This document shows, one piece after another, positions 48,452 to 57,934 of a DNA stretch of 64,000 bases (the first letter of the stretch is position 1; each line of letters begins with the position of its first letter). This DNA is from Candidatus Dojkabacteria bacterium (GTDB lineage Bacteria > Patescibacteriota > Dojkabacteria > SC72 > JAFGCJ01): assembly GCA_016932785.1 (NCBI GenBank), contig JAFGCJ010000002.1, positions 13,983-77,982 on the forward strand. Direction: 5' to 3'. The position numbers and the translations under genes are program-made. The notes beneath the pieces were generated by a model. The model was given only the letters and a program-made list of their open reading frames with translations. It had not been told where the DNA came from and did not search any database.

Positions 48452-49312
48452 TTATGATTTGAACTTTTGGGTTAGCTCTTTCATGAATTTGACAACAGCC
48501 TTTACCTCGTCTGTACCTTTTGTAATTCCCGGATATCTGTTTACCTCTAGTAGATAAGGTCTCTTTCGATTTTTATCAACAACTATATCGGATCTACACC
48601 AATTGAGATTAAGAGCCGTTGCTGCCTTCACTGCAATTTCCTTTACATTGTCTGGACATTCTTTAACGTCAACAAAGACTTCTTTGGCTCCATTACATGC
48701 ATTATTTCTAAATTCGCCTTTCTTTGGAAAGCTTTTCTCAGCTGCGACAACTTTTCCTCTTGATACAAGGACTCCCCAATCGTATTCATTAGGAATATAT
48801 TGCTGGAACATGAATTTATGGCCTTCTGGAAGTTCAAGTGTTGCTTTTTCTAGCTCTTTTCTGTTATGTACTAAATGCGAGTTTCTACCCCTGCAGCCCA
48901 TGGTGTCCTTAATCACCATCGGATATCCGCAGGTTTCTTCTGCCTCGTCTAGATATTTCTTTGGAATTGTCGAATTTCTAAAAAATGTATTTGGTGAAGG
49001 AATGTTGTTTAAGCTAAAAACCATGTGATCAACTATTTTGGAGCCGGCTCGTTTTACTTTTGTGTGAGGTATAGAATTTCTTTCTAGATATAAATGGAGG
49101 GCGTAAGCAAGATCCTGAGTTGTCCAGTATGACGATATCCATGCAAGGTCATAGTTTTTGCAGTCCATATCCTTATACAGGACCTTAGGGCCATTTTCTG
49201 TGAATATAAAGCGTAGATTATGTGAATATGTTTTATCAAAAACAATATCCTCAAAATGTTTCTCCACCAAATCGAAGTTTTCAATTGACGGTGAGATCAA
49301 TACCCGCATCAA
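48452..49312 (-). CDS. RimK-family ATP-grasp ligase
   Basis: 'YPMVIKDTMGCRG', 'FQQYIP', 'FRNNACNG', 'LLEVNRYPG'. Confidence 0.88.
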   Translation of the reverse strand: MMRVLISPSIENFDLVEKHFEDIVFDKTYSHNLRFIFTENGPKVLYKDMDCKNYDLAWISSYWTTQDLAYALHLYLERNSIPHTKVKRAGSKIVDHMVFSLNNIPSPNTFFRNSTIPKKYLDEAEETCGYPMVIKDTMGCRGRNSHLVHNRKELEKATLELPEGHKFMFQQYIPNEYDWGVLVSRGKVVAAEKSFPKKGEFRNNACNGAKEVFVDVKECPDNVKEIAVKAATALNLNWCRSDIVVDKNRKRPYLLEVNRYPGITKGTDEVKAVVKFMKELTQKFKS

Positions 49313-49526
49313 GGTCTTCCTTTTAACGTTAGTTTTATGCTGTTTTACTTTTGTGGTTTTGTGCCAAAAGTGGCACGGAAAGAGAACAGGGGTTGAGTGT
49401 GTTCTCTTATTAACAACATTATTATAGGATAATTATACAGTAATTGAGAATCTATGTAAAATGTTCAATTTAACACAAGACGTATTTACTGGTATTATTT
49501 TTTTTATAATCTTAAATTTTTTTGCT

Positions 49527-50996
49527 ATGAAGAAGGTTGTTATTATTGGAGCAGGCCTTGCTGGTCTTGCCACCTCTGCCCTATTAGGTAAAAAGGGATA
49601 TAGTGTTACTGTTATTGAGAAGAATGAACAGCCTGGCGGTCGTGCGCGGAAAGAATTGGATAACAGTTTTCTTTATGACATTGGTCCGTCATGGTACATG
49701 ATGCCTGAAGTCTTTGATAGATATTTTGAACTTTTTGGCAAAAAGACAAGCGACTTCTATAAATTGATCCGTCTTGATCCTTCCTATCGTATTTTCTTTT
49801 CTGATTCTGAGTTTTATGACATAAGAGCAAGGGTTGAGGATAATAAAGATGTATTTAATAAGCTCGAAAAGGACGGATACAATAAGTTCCTAAAGTATCT
49901 TGAAAAGTCAAAGTTCATTTATGAAAGTTCACTTGAGCATCTTGTGTATAAAGATTATGATGATCTTGGAGATATTCTGGATCCAAAGATTTTGGCGATA
50001 GTTCCTAAGCTTTCTCTTTTAAGTACAGTGCACAAAGAGGTCTCAAGGTATGTTGAAGATCCTCGTTTACAGAAATTGCTTGAATTTACTACAGTGTTCC
50101 TTGGGGCTTCACCTTATGAGGCCTCCGGACTGTATAGTCTTATTTCACATGCTGATTTCAATCTTGGAATTTGGTATCCGGATGGAGGTATTTGGAAGGT
50201 TGCTGATGCATTGTATAGGCTTGCACAAGATAATAATGTTGAATTTAGATTTAATGAACCGGTCACGGCTATATCTGTCAGCAATGGTAGTGCTGTTTCT
50301 GTTAAAACTGACCAAGATTCATACGATGCGGACATTGTTGTAAGTGGGGCGGATTATCCTCATACAGAGCTTGATCTTTTGCCTGAGGTATATCGAACAT
50401 ATGGAAAGAAATATTGGGAAAAGAGAAAACTATCTCCATCTTGTTTCAATATTTTTCTTGGTGTTGGAAAGAAAATAGAGAAACTAAGGCATCATAATCT
50501 CTATCTTGATCCAAATTGGGATCAGCACTTTGCAGATGTGCGTGATAATCCTAGATGGCCTGATAATCCATCCTACTATGTCTGTGCAACTTCGAAAACA
50601 GATAAAACTGTTGCACCGGATGGGTGTGAGAATCTGTTCTTTCTTGTGCCTGTAGCCCCCGGGCTCGATGATACTGACGAAGTTAGGGACCATATGTATC
50701 AAAGGACTATTGCCCACTTTGAAGAGCTAGTTGGACAAAAGGTAAGCGATTCAATTCGTAGTAAAATGATATTTGCTCAGAGAGAATTTAGAAGCTATTA
50801 CAATTCGTACAAGGGAACTGCTTTTGGCTTAGCACATACCCTGCTCCAGACGGCCATCTTCAGACCGAGAGTGAAAAGTAAGAAAGTTAAGAATCTGTAC
50901 TATACGGGACAGTTTACTCAGCCGGGCGTTGGGATGCCTATTGCCTTAATATCAGCTGAGATCGTTGCTAACAAAATATTGAAGGAACAAAAGTAG
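49527..50996 (+). CDS. crtI: Phytoene desaturase family protein
   Basis: GAGLAGLA Rossmann fold, EKNEQPGGR, DIGPSWYMMP, AFGLAHTLLQTAIFRP, YTGQFTQPGVGMP. Confidence 0.9.
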   Translation: MKKVVIIGAGLAGLATSALLGKKGYSVTVIEKNEQPGGRARKELDNSFLYDIGPSWYMMPEVFDRYFELFGKKTSDFYKLIRLDPSYRIFFSDSEFYDIRARVEDNKDVFNKLEKDGYNKFLKYLEKSKFIYESSLEHLVYKDYDDLGDILDPKILAIVPKLSLLSTVHKEVSRYVEDPRLQKLLEFTTVFLGASPYEASGLYSLISHADFNLGIWYPDGGIWKVADALYRLAQDNNVEFRFNEPVTAISVSNGSAVSVKTDQDSYDADIVVSGADYPHTELDLLPEVYRTYGKKYWEKRKLSPSCFNIFLGVGKKIEKLRHHNLYLDPNWDQHFADVRDNPRWPDNPSYYVCATSKTDKTVAPDGCENLFFLVPVAPGLDDTDEVRDHMYQRTIAHFEELVGQKVSDSIRSKMIFAQREFRSYYNSYKGTAFGLAHTLLQTAIFRPRVKSKKVKNLYYTGQFTQPGVGMPIALISAEIVANKILKEQK

Positions 50997-51000
50997 AACT

Positions 51001-51672
51001 ATGAGCACATACCTATTAATAAATATTGCTATTATTATATTTCCTTTGATTTTTACTGTTTTTGATAGGAAGAGAATACGCTTTGTTGATAAGCTGCCGG
51101 CTCTTTTGGTATCCATTGGAGTTGTGGGGTCAATTTTCGTTATCTGGGACATAATTGCTACCAATAGAGGTCATTGGGCCTTCAATCCGGATCATGTGGG
51201 GGAATTTCATTTGTTTTCGATTCCTCTAGAGGAGGTTTTGTTCTTCATTACTGTGCCGTTTTCATGTCTTTTCACCTATGAATCAATCAGGTACTTTGTA
51301 AAAGAATCCAGGAATTTTGTTTTGGGAAAATATCTGGTGCTGGTGTTTTGTATTGTCGCAGCTGCTTCAGCGGTCGTTTTTCATGGAGAGTATACCGTAG
51401 TCGTATCGGTAGTCTCTATTCTAACATTTGGAACTATTTATCTTGTAGAACGAGATTTTTTTGACAGTAAAATTTACTGGCTATTTGTGATGGTAACCTT
51501 TGGCCTATTTTTCATTTTTAATTACTTCTTAACGTCCATTCCCATTGTTACCTATGGGAATGAAATTATAGGATTGAGGATTACGACAATCCCTGTAGAA
51601 GATTTTGCTTATAATTGGGCAATGCTTTCTGCTTATCTTTTTGTCTACTTGAAAACGAAGAGCCTGTTATGA
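51001..51672 (+). CDS. Membrane lycopene cyclase (tandem CrtYc/Yd-type domains)
   Basis: Two repeats 'IPLEEVLFF' and 'IPVEDFAY'; 4 nt after crtI. Confidence 0.85.
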   Translation: MSTYLLINIAIIIFPLIFTVFDRKRIRFVDKLPALLVSIGVVGSIFVIWDIIATNRGHWAFNPDHVGEFHLFSIPLEEVLFFITVPFSCLFTYESIRYFVKESRNFVLGKYLVLVFCIVAAASAVVFHGEYTVVVSVVSILTFGTIYLVERDFFDSKIYWLFVMVTFGLFFIFNYFLTSIPIVTYGNEIIGLRITTIPVEDFAYNWAMLSAYLFVYLKTKSLL

Positions 51673-51687
51673 GATTATTGTCTCCTA

Positions 51688-52152
51688 ATGGATAATCAGG
51701 TATTCCTTTTCCCTCAGACTATCAGTTCTATTAAGAAAAGGATCAAAGATTTAAAGAAGGATTTCGAATTAGAGGATGGACAAGATCCAACAGGAAGCAA
51801 TACAAGACTTCTTGACCCTGGCAGGGTTTCGTTATTTGAGGAAATTTCGCAGCTTGATTCTTTAGTAAACACTGTAAAGGTCCTCCCTACTCCCAAGCAG
51901 AATGACAAAGCCCAAAAAGGACATTTTATTGAGGTTGAGGATTCTGCAGGAAGAGAACTCCAATTCCATTTATGTTCCGAGTACGATGTTAAGTATCACT
52001 CCGGTTTCTCAGGAATTTCTGGAAGACTGCTATCTGCGGATAGTCCTTTAGGCGGGATATTTATTGGGAAAAAAGTAGATGAAAATATTAAATACGGGCA
52101 ACAGGTTTTCAGAATAAAGAAAATCCGAGTGTCAAAGTATTTTGAGATCTAG
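51688..52152 (+). CDS. Divergent GreA/GreB-family protein (paralogue of 22118-22585)
   Basis: 'GHFIEV...FHLCSEYD...LLSADSPLG...GKKVDE...FRIKKI'. Confidence 0.7.
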   Translation: MDNQVFLFPQTISSIKKRIKDLKKDFELEDGQDPTGSNTRLLDPGRVSLFEEISQLDSLVNTVKVLPTPKQNDKAQKGHFIEVEDSAGRELQFHLCSEYDVKYHSGFSGISGRLLSADSPLGGIFIGKKVDENIKYGQQVFRIKKIRVSKYFEI

Positions 52153-52156
52153 ATTT

Positions 52157-52801
52157 TCATACAATCATTGAAACGATATTGTTGAGAGAATGAGCAACAA
52201 TTGGTGACCACATAGATTCTGTTTTCCTATATAGATATCCCCAGATTAGACTCACAAGAAAAATTGAGCCTGCTGCTTCCAATGAAATTCCGTCTCCCCA
52301 AATCAGCCATCCAGGAAAGTGAATTCCAACGAATAAGATAGAGGTTATGAGATTTGCGTAGAAGAAGTTCATATTGTCGCCAAGCTTTCTTAGGATTAAA
52401 CCTCTGAATACAACCTCTTCGATTAGTGGTGCAGCGATAGCAACAGATAGTAATCCTCTGAAGTTGAGATTAAAATTGAGCATTGAATTAGTGAGGATTA
52501 TGTTGTAGATCATATTTAGGACGAGGAGTGCTACTCCCAGGGCAACAGCATAGAGAATCCCCTTTCTGTTTTCTTTGAACTTCAGTAAATCTAGTATTTT
52601 TTCCTTGTAGACATACCTGAAATATATAAACGAAAATCCTATCCAGAAAATAAATTTAAGAGCGATGCTCAGAAGAGTTTTGAAATAGCCGGTAAATTGC
52701 ATGTCTAAGTGAATGTAGATATATTGGCGTATGATCCATAGAATAAAAAAGACTATGATAAATATTGAGGTTTTGAGTAGTTCCTTTGCTTTGTTCTTCA
52801 C
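52157..52801 (-). CDS. CPBP (CAAX/Abi) intramembrane metalloprotease
   Basis: 'APLIEEVVFRG', 'LFVGIH', 'HSLNN'. Confidence 0.92.
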   Translation of the reverse strand: MKNKAKELLKTSIFIIVFFILWIIRQYIYIHLDMQFTGYFKTLLSIALKFIFWIGFSFIYFRYVYKEKILDLLKFKENRKGILYAVALGVALLVLNMIYNIILTNSMLNFNLNFRGLLSVAIAAPLIEEVVFRGLILRKLGDNMNFFYANLITSILFVGIHFPGWLIWGDGISLEAAGSIFLVSLIWGYLYRKTESMWSPIVAHSLNNIVSMIV

Positions 52802-53277
52802 TGGGATAGGTCCTTATAGTATATGAGTTTTGCAACATTATTGTTGTAATAGTGCGGGATAAGACCTACTCTTTTATATCCTTGGTTTTTGTAGAACTTT
52901 CTCGTGTTTTTAGTGAGCTTATCATCGTGGGAGACGGTTTCAATATATAGTCTAGGTGATGAAGATCTACGGATTTGATTCTCGATGTATTTTAACAATG
53001 ATGTGCCAATGCCCTTACCTTGATGATATTTATCTACGGCAAACCAACTTAGAAACCAGATAGTTTTTGTGTCCCATGGTTGTGCATAGCTTATAAATCC
53101 CAGAATCTTGTTATTATCCATGGCAACGTATTTTTTGTAGTCAAGTTCCGATTTTTCCGAGAGTCTTTTCTCTATTACCTCGAGGTCTTCTTTCGAAAAC
53201 ATTTCTGGCGACTGTTTAAATATCTTTCGAATTGCTCTTTTCTTCTGGGGAGTTGGTTTGTATTCAATTATTTTCAT
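52798..53277 (-). CDS. GNAT family acetyltransferase
   Basis: 'AVDKYHQGKGIGTSL', 'FYKNQGY'. Confidence 0.92.
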   Translation of the reverse strand: MKIIEYKPTPQKKRAIRKIFKQSPEMFSKEDLEVIEKRLSEKSELDYKKYVAMDNNKILGFISYAQPWDTKTIWFLSWFAVDKYHQGKGIGTSLLKYIENQIRRSSSPRLYIETVSHDDKLTKNTRKFYKNQGYKRVGLIPHYYNNNVAKLIYYKDLSQ

Positions 53278-53618
53278 TTAGATGTGAATAACAAGTTTAT
53301 ACATAAATAATATAGATAACGGTTGTAAACTGCAAAGAACCTCTTTTAGTAGGACAGTTACTTGCTGGCCATTGTTATGAGTTAAATAGATCGATATAAT
53401 AGCCTCATAGAAATGAACTAGAAGATTATCGAAGGAAGACGAATCAATCTTTATTCTTTGTTGTTAATTTCTTTGGTTTGCCTTTCCCCGATGAGTCTCT
53501 CCGTAGATTGGCTACGGTGTAAAAACAGGTATTTTCCTGTGGACTTTCGGAGGTTGTGCCTCGTGGCACAGCTCTTTTAAAAACCAAGGGGTATATAAAA
53601 ATGAAGGGAGAAAGTGAG

Positions 53619-54833
53619 ATGAATAGAAGGCTATTGGTAATCGTTGTGGTGATCGGCTTGGTGATATTGTCGTTGATATTCGGTGCTTGTGTCTTTCCTT
53701 TCCTACCGGCGCCATGGAGCGAGTATTCCGTTATATACGGTGACTCGTTTGACTATAAGGTCACAGATATCATTACTGAGACGAATGTAATCGTAGTCGA
53801 TACACTTCCTGAGGGCTATGCAGGTCCTGAGGATTTCGCGTTCGATTTTGAGCGCGGAATAGGATGTACGGGCACTGAGACAGAAGCAGAAGGCGAGAAC
53901 GGAGTTCTCTGGTGTTACCAGGGAGGAGAACGCTATAAAATAGAGGACAATGAGTTTTCGCGTTTAACAGGGATGGCGTTTCTCCCGGGTGAGAGGATTG
54001 TTGCTGCCGACTTTTTGACCGGGACCCTCCTGATAGATATCAGTGAAGGTTTGTCGGTTAAGCCTCGCGTTAGTCACTTGGACTATGAGGTTGGAGTTGA
54101 CGGCATCGCTGTTAGTCCTGATGGCAAGAAGGTTTTCGTAACAGACGGAATTGAAGTGCAAATGGAGTGGAACGGAGCTCTGGGGAGCCAGCCACTCGTA
54201 ATGGAAGGATTCTTCCAACTTCGGATGAATTCAGGATCCGTGTCATCCATTGACTTGGAAACTGGAGTTAAAAAGCCATTGATCGGAGAACTTTATTTTC
54301 CTGCCGGACTTGCTGTCGGCTCCAGTGGGGACAAGCTCCTTGTCCCGGAGATGTGGAAGTGTGGACTGCGAGAATTTGACCCTAGTACGAGTACTTTCGA
54401 CAGAGTTCTCATCGAAGATTCCCCGTTCCAAATCGATGGGGTGAGCGTTGGCCCCAACGGAGAAATAGTCGTGGCGTTTGTGGAGCCTCGTGAGGGATTT
54501 TTCGAGTTTCTTCAAGTCCGGCCAACCCTTCGAGCTTTACTTTGGCCGGCCTTCATGGACGTCATCATGTCCATGGATCAGGAACAGGCAGCGAGCGGGT
54601 TTCTGATTCTGTCAGAAGAAGGCAATTTAATTGCCTTCTATCGAGACACTGACGGGTCCGTGGCGGACCATATTTCGTCGGCATACTTGATTACCGCCGA
54701 CGACTACAGAAGAATCTTCGATCCAGACTACAAAGGAACAGGCTGGATCGTGATCCTTGGAACAGTCAGCAAAGTCGATGGCAACAAAATCAAAGCAATT
54801 GCCATCGAGAACCTGGTCCCGGAACTAGACTGA
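53619..54833 (+). CDS. Lipoprotein with strictosidine-synthase/SMP-30-like beta-propeller
   Basis: Lipobox FGA-C; 'GPEDFAFD', 'DGIAVSPDG', 'LYFPAGLAV', 'IDGVSVG' blades; visibly GC-richer. Confidence 0.78.
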   Translation: MNRRLLVIVVVIGLVILSLIFGACVFPFLPAPWSEYSVIYGDSFDYKVTDIITETNVIVVDTLPEGYAGPEDFAFDFERGIGCTGTETEAEGENGVLWCYQGGERYKIEDNEFSRLTGMAFLPGERIVAADFLTGTLLIDISEGLSVKPRVSHLDYEVGVDGIAVSPDGKKVFVTDGIEVQMEWNGALGSQPLVMEGFFQLRMNSGSVSSIDLETGVKKPLIGELYFPAGLAVGSSGDKLLVPEMWKCGLREFDPSTSTFDRVLIEDSPFQIDGVSVGPNGEIVVAFVEPREGFFEFLQVRPTLRALLWPAFMDVIMSMDQEQAASGFLILSEEGNLIAFYRDTDGSVADHISSAYLITADDYRRIFDPDYKGTGWIVILGTVSKVDGNKIKAIAIENLVPELD

Positions 54834-54954
54834 AAATTTCTGTCTTCACCTATACCTCATTCCCTCAAACTTGTACCCCTTGGTGAAGACCTCTCCATTT
54901 ACAACCGATTTTCAGTTACGTTAAAATATGACAACAAAAGCTTGATAAGCGAGG

Positions 54955-56673
54955 ATGACGATTTTAAAAAATATTGTAAAACGGCTATATCCTGAGGCAT
55001 ACTCAAAGATATATGACTTTATAGACTCAGAACTTCAAAATTCTTCCATCAAGAACGATAATAAAGAATGGTATAAGGAGATGAATCTCTATGTTGTCTA
55101 TCCAGATTCATTTTGTGATGATAATAAATGTGACCTTTCTACCTTAGAAGGTAAAATACCCTACCTGAAAGATCTTGGATTCAATGCAATTCACGTACTT
55201 CCCTTTTTGAAATCCCCAATGATAGATATGGGGTTTGACGTATCAAATTATTTGAGTGTGAGGTATGAGATCGGTGGGAATGAGGCATTTGATAAATTGA
55301 TTGAGACTGCCCAACGGAATAATATTAATATTTTCGCGGATATTATCCTTAACCATGTTTCGTACAGGCATGATTGGTTTCAAAAGGCTGTTTCGGGTGA
55401 TCTTAAATATAGAGATTATTTTGCTTGGAGTAAGACGAGACCGGAATTCATCAAGAAATTTAAGGATGAGGATGGCGTTTGGGCAAGATATCTGATCGAC
55501 AATGAAGAGAGGGATATTTACGTTATTTTTCCCGAGCAGTGTGGAGAGATTCCCCATTGGTACAAAGCCGAAGATGGGAATTGGTATTACCATACTTTTT
55601 ATCCTCACCAGATAGATACAAACTGGAGCAATGCCGATGTCTTTCTTGAATATGCAAAAATACTTATGTATTGGGCAAGAAAAGGTGTTAGTTTCCGATT
55701 GGATGCGATACCTTTTATCGGAAAAGATATAAAGAATGGCTTATTAAAAGACGATAACAGAACCCACCTCATTGTTACAGCGCTGAATATTATAGTTAAG
55801 ACTGTGAATGAGCACTCGATCTTTCTTGCTGAGGCGTGTGTTCCAAGTCAGGATCTTAAAAAGTATTTCGAAACTGATGGTATTGTTGAGTCGGAGTGTT
55901 GTTATAACTTTGATCTTTCTGTTGCTCTCTGGATTGCACTTCTGACAGGCGAGACCAGTAAAATCTGGGAGGTACTGAATAAGCATTTGGAAGACATACC
56001 GGACTTTGCTTGTTGGGTGAATTTTCTGAGAAATCATGACGAAGTATCGCTTGAAGAGGTAGAGCCGGAGATAAGAAAAGAACTCTATGAAAAGATGGCG
56101 AAGGGCGGATTAGGATTTCGAGATGGCTTTGGTGTTTCCGGGCGTACTGCATCTTTTCTTGATGGAAATCCAGCAAAGATTGTATGTGCATATTTTCTGC
56201 TTGATTCACTACCTGGGGTTCCTGCTGTTATTTATGGTGATGAGATTGGCAAGGAAAATGACTTTGATTACATGAAATTGATGACTCAGAAAAAGATTGA
56301 AACTTCTGGTGACAAAAATATCAAGGACGACACAAGAGATATAAATCGTGGACAGATAAAGAATTCAGAACTTATGCAGCCGCACTCTCAGAAGATTTAT
56401 TCAGATTTTTGCAAGGTATTTAATGCACGGAACGAGTGTATAGATTTCTTCAATGTAAAACCGGAAAAGATTGAAACAAAAAAGGGAGTTTTTTCCTGCA
56501 TATATAAGGTCGAAAATAAAGAGCTCGTCGTACTGGTAAATCTAAATGATTATCCATTAGAACTTGAAGTCAATAATGGTTTGCACCTGAAAGCATCAAT
56601 TAATGGGGCGACTTATCAAAAAGGTGTGGTTCAACTATCACAGTATGGCGGTATCTGGTTGAGTAATTCCTGA
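54955..56673 (+). CDS. GH13 alpha-amylase family protein (trehalose synthase/amylosucrase-like)
   Basis: DMGFDVSNY, LNHVS, FRLDAIP, LAEA, FLRNHDE, YGDEIG. Confidence 0.9.
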   Translation: MTILKNIVKRLYPEAYSKIYDFIDSELQNSSIKNDNKEWYKEMNLYVVYPDSFCDDNKCDLSTLEGKIPYLKDLGFNAIHVLPFLKSPMIDMGFDVSNYLSVRYEIGGNEAFDKLIETAQRNNINIFADIILNHVSYRHDWFQKAVSGDLKYRDYFAWSKTRPEFIKKFKDEDGVWARYLIDNEERDIYVIFPEQCGEIPHWYKAEDGNWYYHTFYPHQIDTNWSNADVFLEYAKILMYWARKGVSFRLDAIPFIGKDIKNGLLKDDNRTHLIVTALNIIVKTVNEHSIFLAEACVPSQDLKKYFETDGIVESECCYNFDLSVALWIALLTGETSKIWEVLNKHLEDIPDFACWVNFLRNHDEVSLEEVEPEIRKELYEKMAKGGLGFRDGFGVSGRTASFLDGNPAKIVCAYFLLDSLPGVPAVIYGDEIGKENDFDYMKLMTQKKIETSGDKNIKDDTRDINRGQIKNSELMQPHSQKIYSDFCKVFNARNECIDFFNVKPEKIETKKGVFSCIYKVENKELVVLVNLNDYPLELEVNNGLHLKASINGATYQKGVVQLSQYGGIWLSNS

Positions 56674-57276
56674 AGACTCTTGGATTATGAAATTTTCTTC
56701 ATGTCCTGGATATGCCTGATATCCAGAAAATCTCTGAATTATCGTCTGTAGTGATTTTTCAAGCTGGGGTTTTGAACTGTATGAAAGATCAGTCCTCCCT
56801 ACTCCGGATTTAAAGATAGTGTCTCCGGTGAATACAATTTTCTCATTTTCGTTATAGAGACAGATGCTTCCGGGAGTATGGCCGGGAGTGTGTAGAACTG
56901 TGAGACTGGATTTACCGAATTCAATTATACCGCCATCTTCTAGTACATCATCTATGTTAGGCGGCGGTACATCAATTGTCATTTGAAGCCAATGTTGGGC
57001 TGAGGATTTCATTTTCGATAGTAGAACCTCGTCAGCTTTGTGTATGACAAATGGTATCTCAAAGGCCATTTGAAGCTCGTAAGCTGCCAGAACATGGTCG
57101 AAATGCCCGTGTGTTGCAATAACAAGATGAGGGCTAAGGTTATGTGTTAGGATATAATCGCTTATAACATCAGCACCATCGCCAGGATCTATTACAATGC
57201 ATTTTTGCGATTCTGGGTCACTTGCTATGTAGCAGTTGGTTTGAAGTTGTCCTGTAATTATTGTCTGTATTTCCAT
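56638..57276 (-). CDS. MBL-fold metallo-hydrolase (glyoxalase II-like)
   Basis: THGHFDH, TPGHTPGS, TGDTIF, PGH. Confidence 0.93.
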   Translation of the reverse strand: MEIQTIITGQLQTNCYIASDPESQKCIVIDPGDGADVISDYILTHNLSPHLVIATHGHFDHVLAAYELQMAFEIPFVIHKADEVLLSKMKSSAQHWLQMTIDVPPPNIDDVLEDGGIIEFGKSSLTVLHTPGHTPGSICLYNENEKIVFTGDTIFKSGVGRTDLSYSSKPQLEKSLQTIIQRFSGYQAYPGHEENFIIQESSGITQPDTAIL

Positions 57277-57312
57277 ATAGTAAAGTATCGTAAAGCGTAA
57301 GGTGTAAATCGG

Positions 57313-57921
57313 TCACGTGGCAATGTTCTTGACTAGAAGATTAGTGACTTCGAGAACTTCGAGTTTTAGTTTTCGTGCATTATTCTCATTAATTTTTGTA
57401 TTGTCAATTTCTATCTCGATTTGTCTTTTCACTTTTGAACCTCTGCTTACTAACGTAAAATCTACATGGCAGTAGTCGTATTGAAAAGTTGTTCGATCTT
57501 TTCTCGTAGCTGACCTAGGTAATGTCTCAGAATTCGTTGGTTGTGGAATTTCCTTTGATATGGAAATTCGTATGTGCATGTTTGAGCCCGAGATTTCGAC
57601 TCCGCTCTTTTTTAATTTCTTTTTCTTAACCGATTCGAGTATGTCGCCTTTGGGAGAGAATCTGGTCCGTATCCTGTTTCGCTTAACTTCAAAGAAGGTT
57701 GTTGTGAATTTTTTTGTGTACGTTTTGTCTTGTTCAACACTCTTTAGCAATCGGTTGAATAAAACTAATGGGAGGTTTGTTTCGAAGTATTTCCTGGTGC
57801 CCGATGTCTTTGCCTGCCCCAATCTGATTTCAAGCTCGAAGTTCTCTTCGTTTTTATTAATAATCTGAGTAAATGTGTCCAGTGTTTTGAATAGGTCTTG
57901 CTCTTCGATTGAGATAGACAT
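57313..57921 (-). CDS. Triphosphate-tunnel metalloenzyme resembling phycodnavirus/Cet1-type RNA 5'-triphosphatase
   Basis: ELEIRLG (motif A), FETNL, IRISISKEIP (motif B), RKDRTTF, HVDFTLV, QIEIEI (motif C). Confidence 0.75.
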   Translation of the reverse strand: MSISIEEQDLFKTLDTFTQIINKNEENFELEIRLGQAKTSGTRKYFETNLPLVLFNRLLKSVEQDKTYTKKFTTTFFEVKRNRIRTRFSPKGDILESVKKKKLKKSGVEISGSNMHIRISISKEIPQPTNSETLPRSATRKDRTTFQYDYCHVDFTLVSRGSKVKRQIEIEIDNTKINENNARKLKLEVLEVTNLLVKNIAT

Positions 57922-57934
57922 GGCCTGGGCTTGG

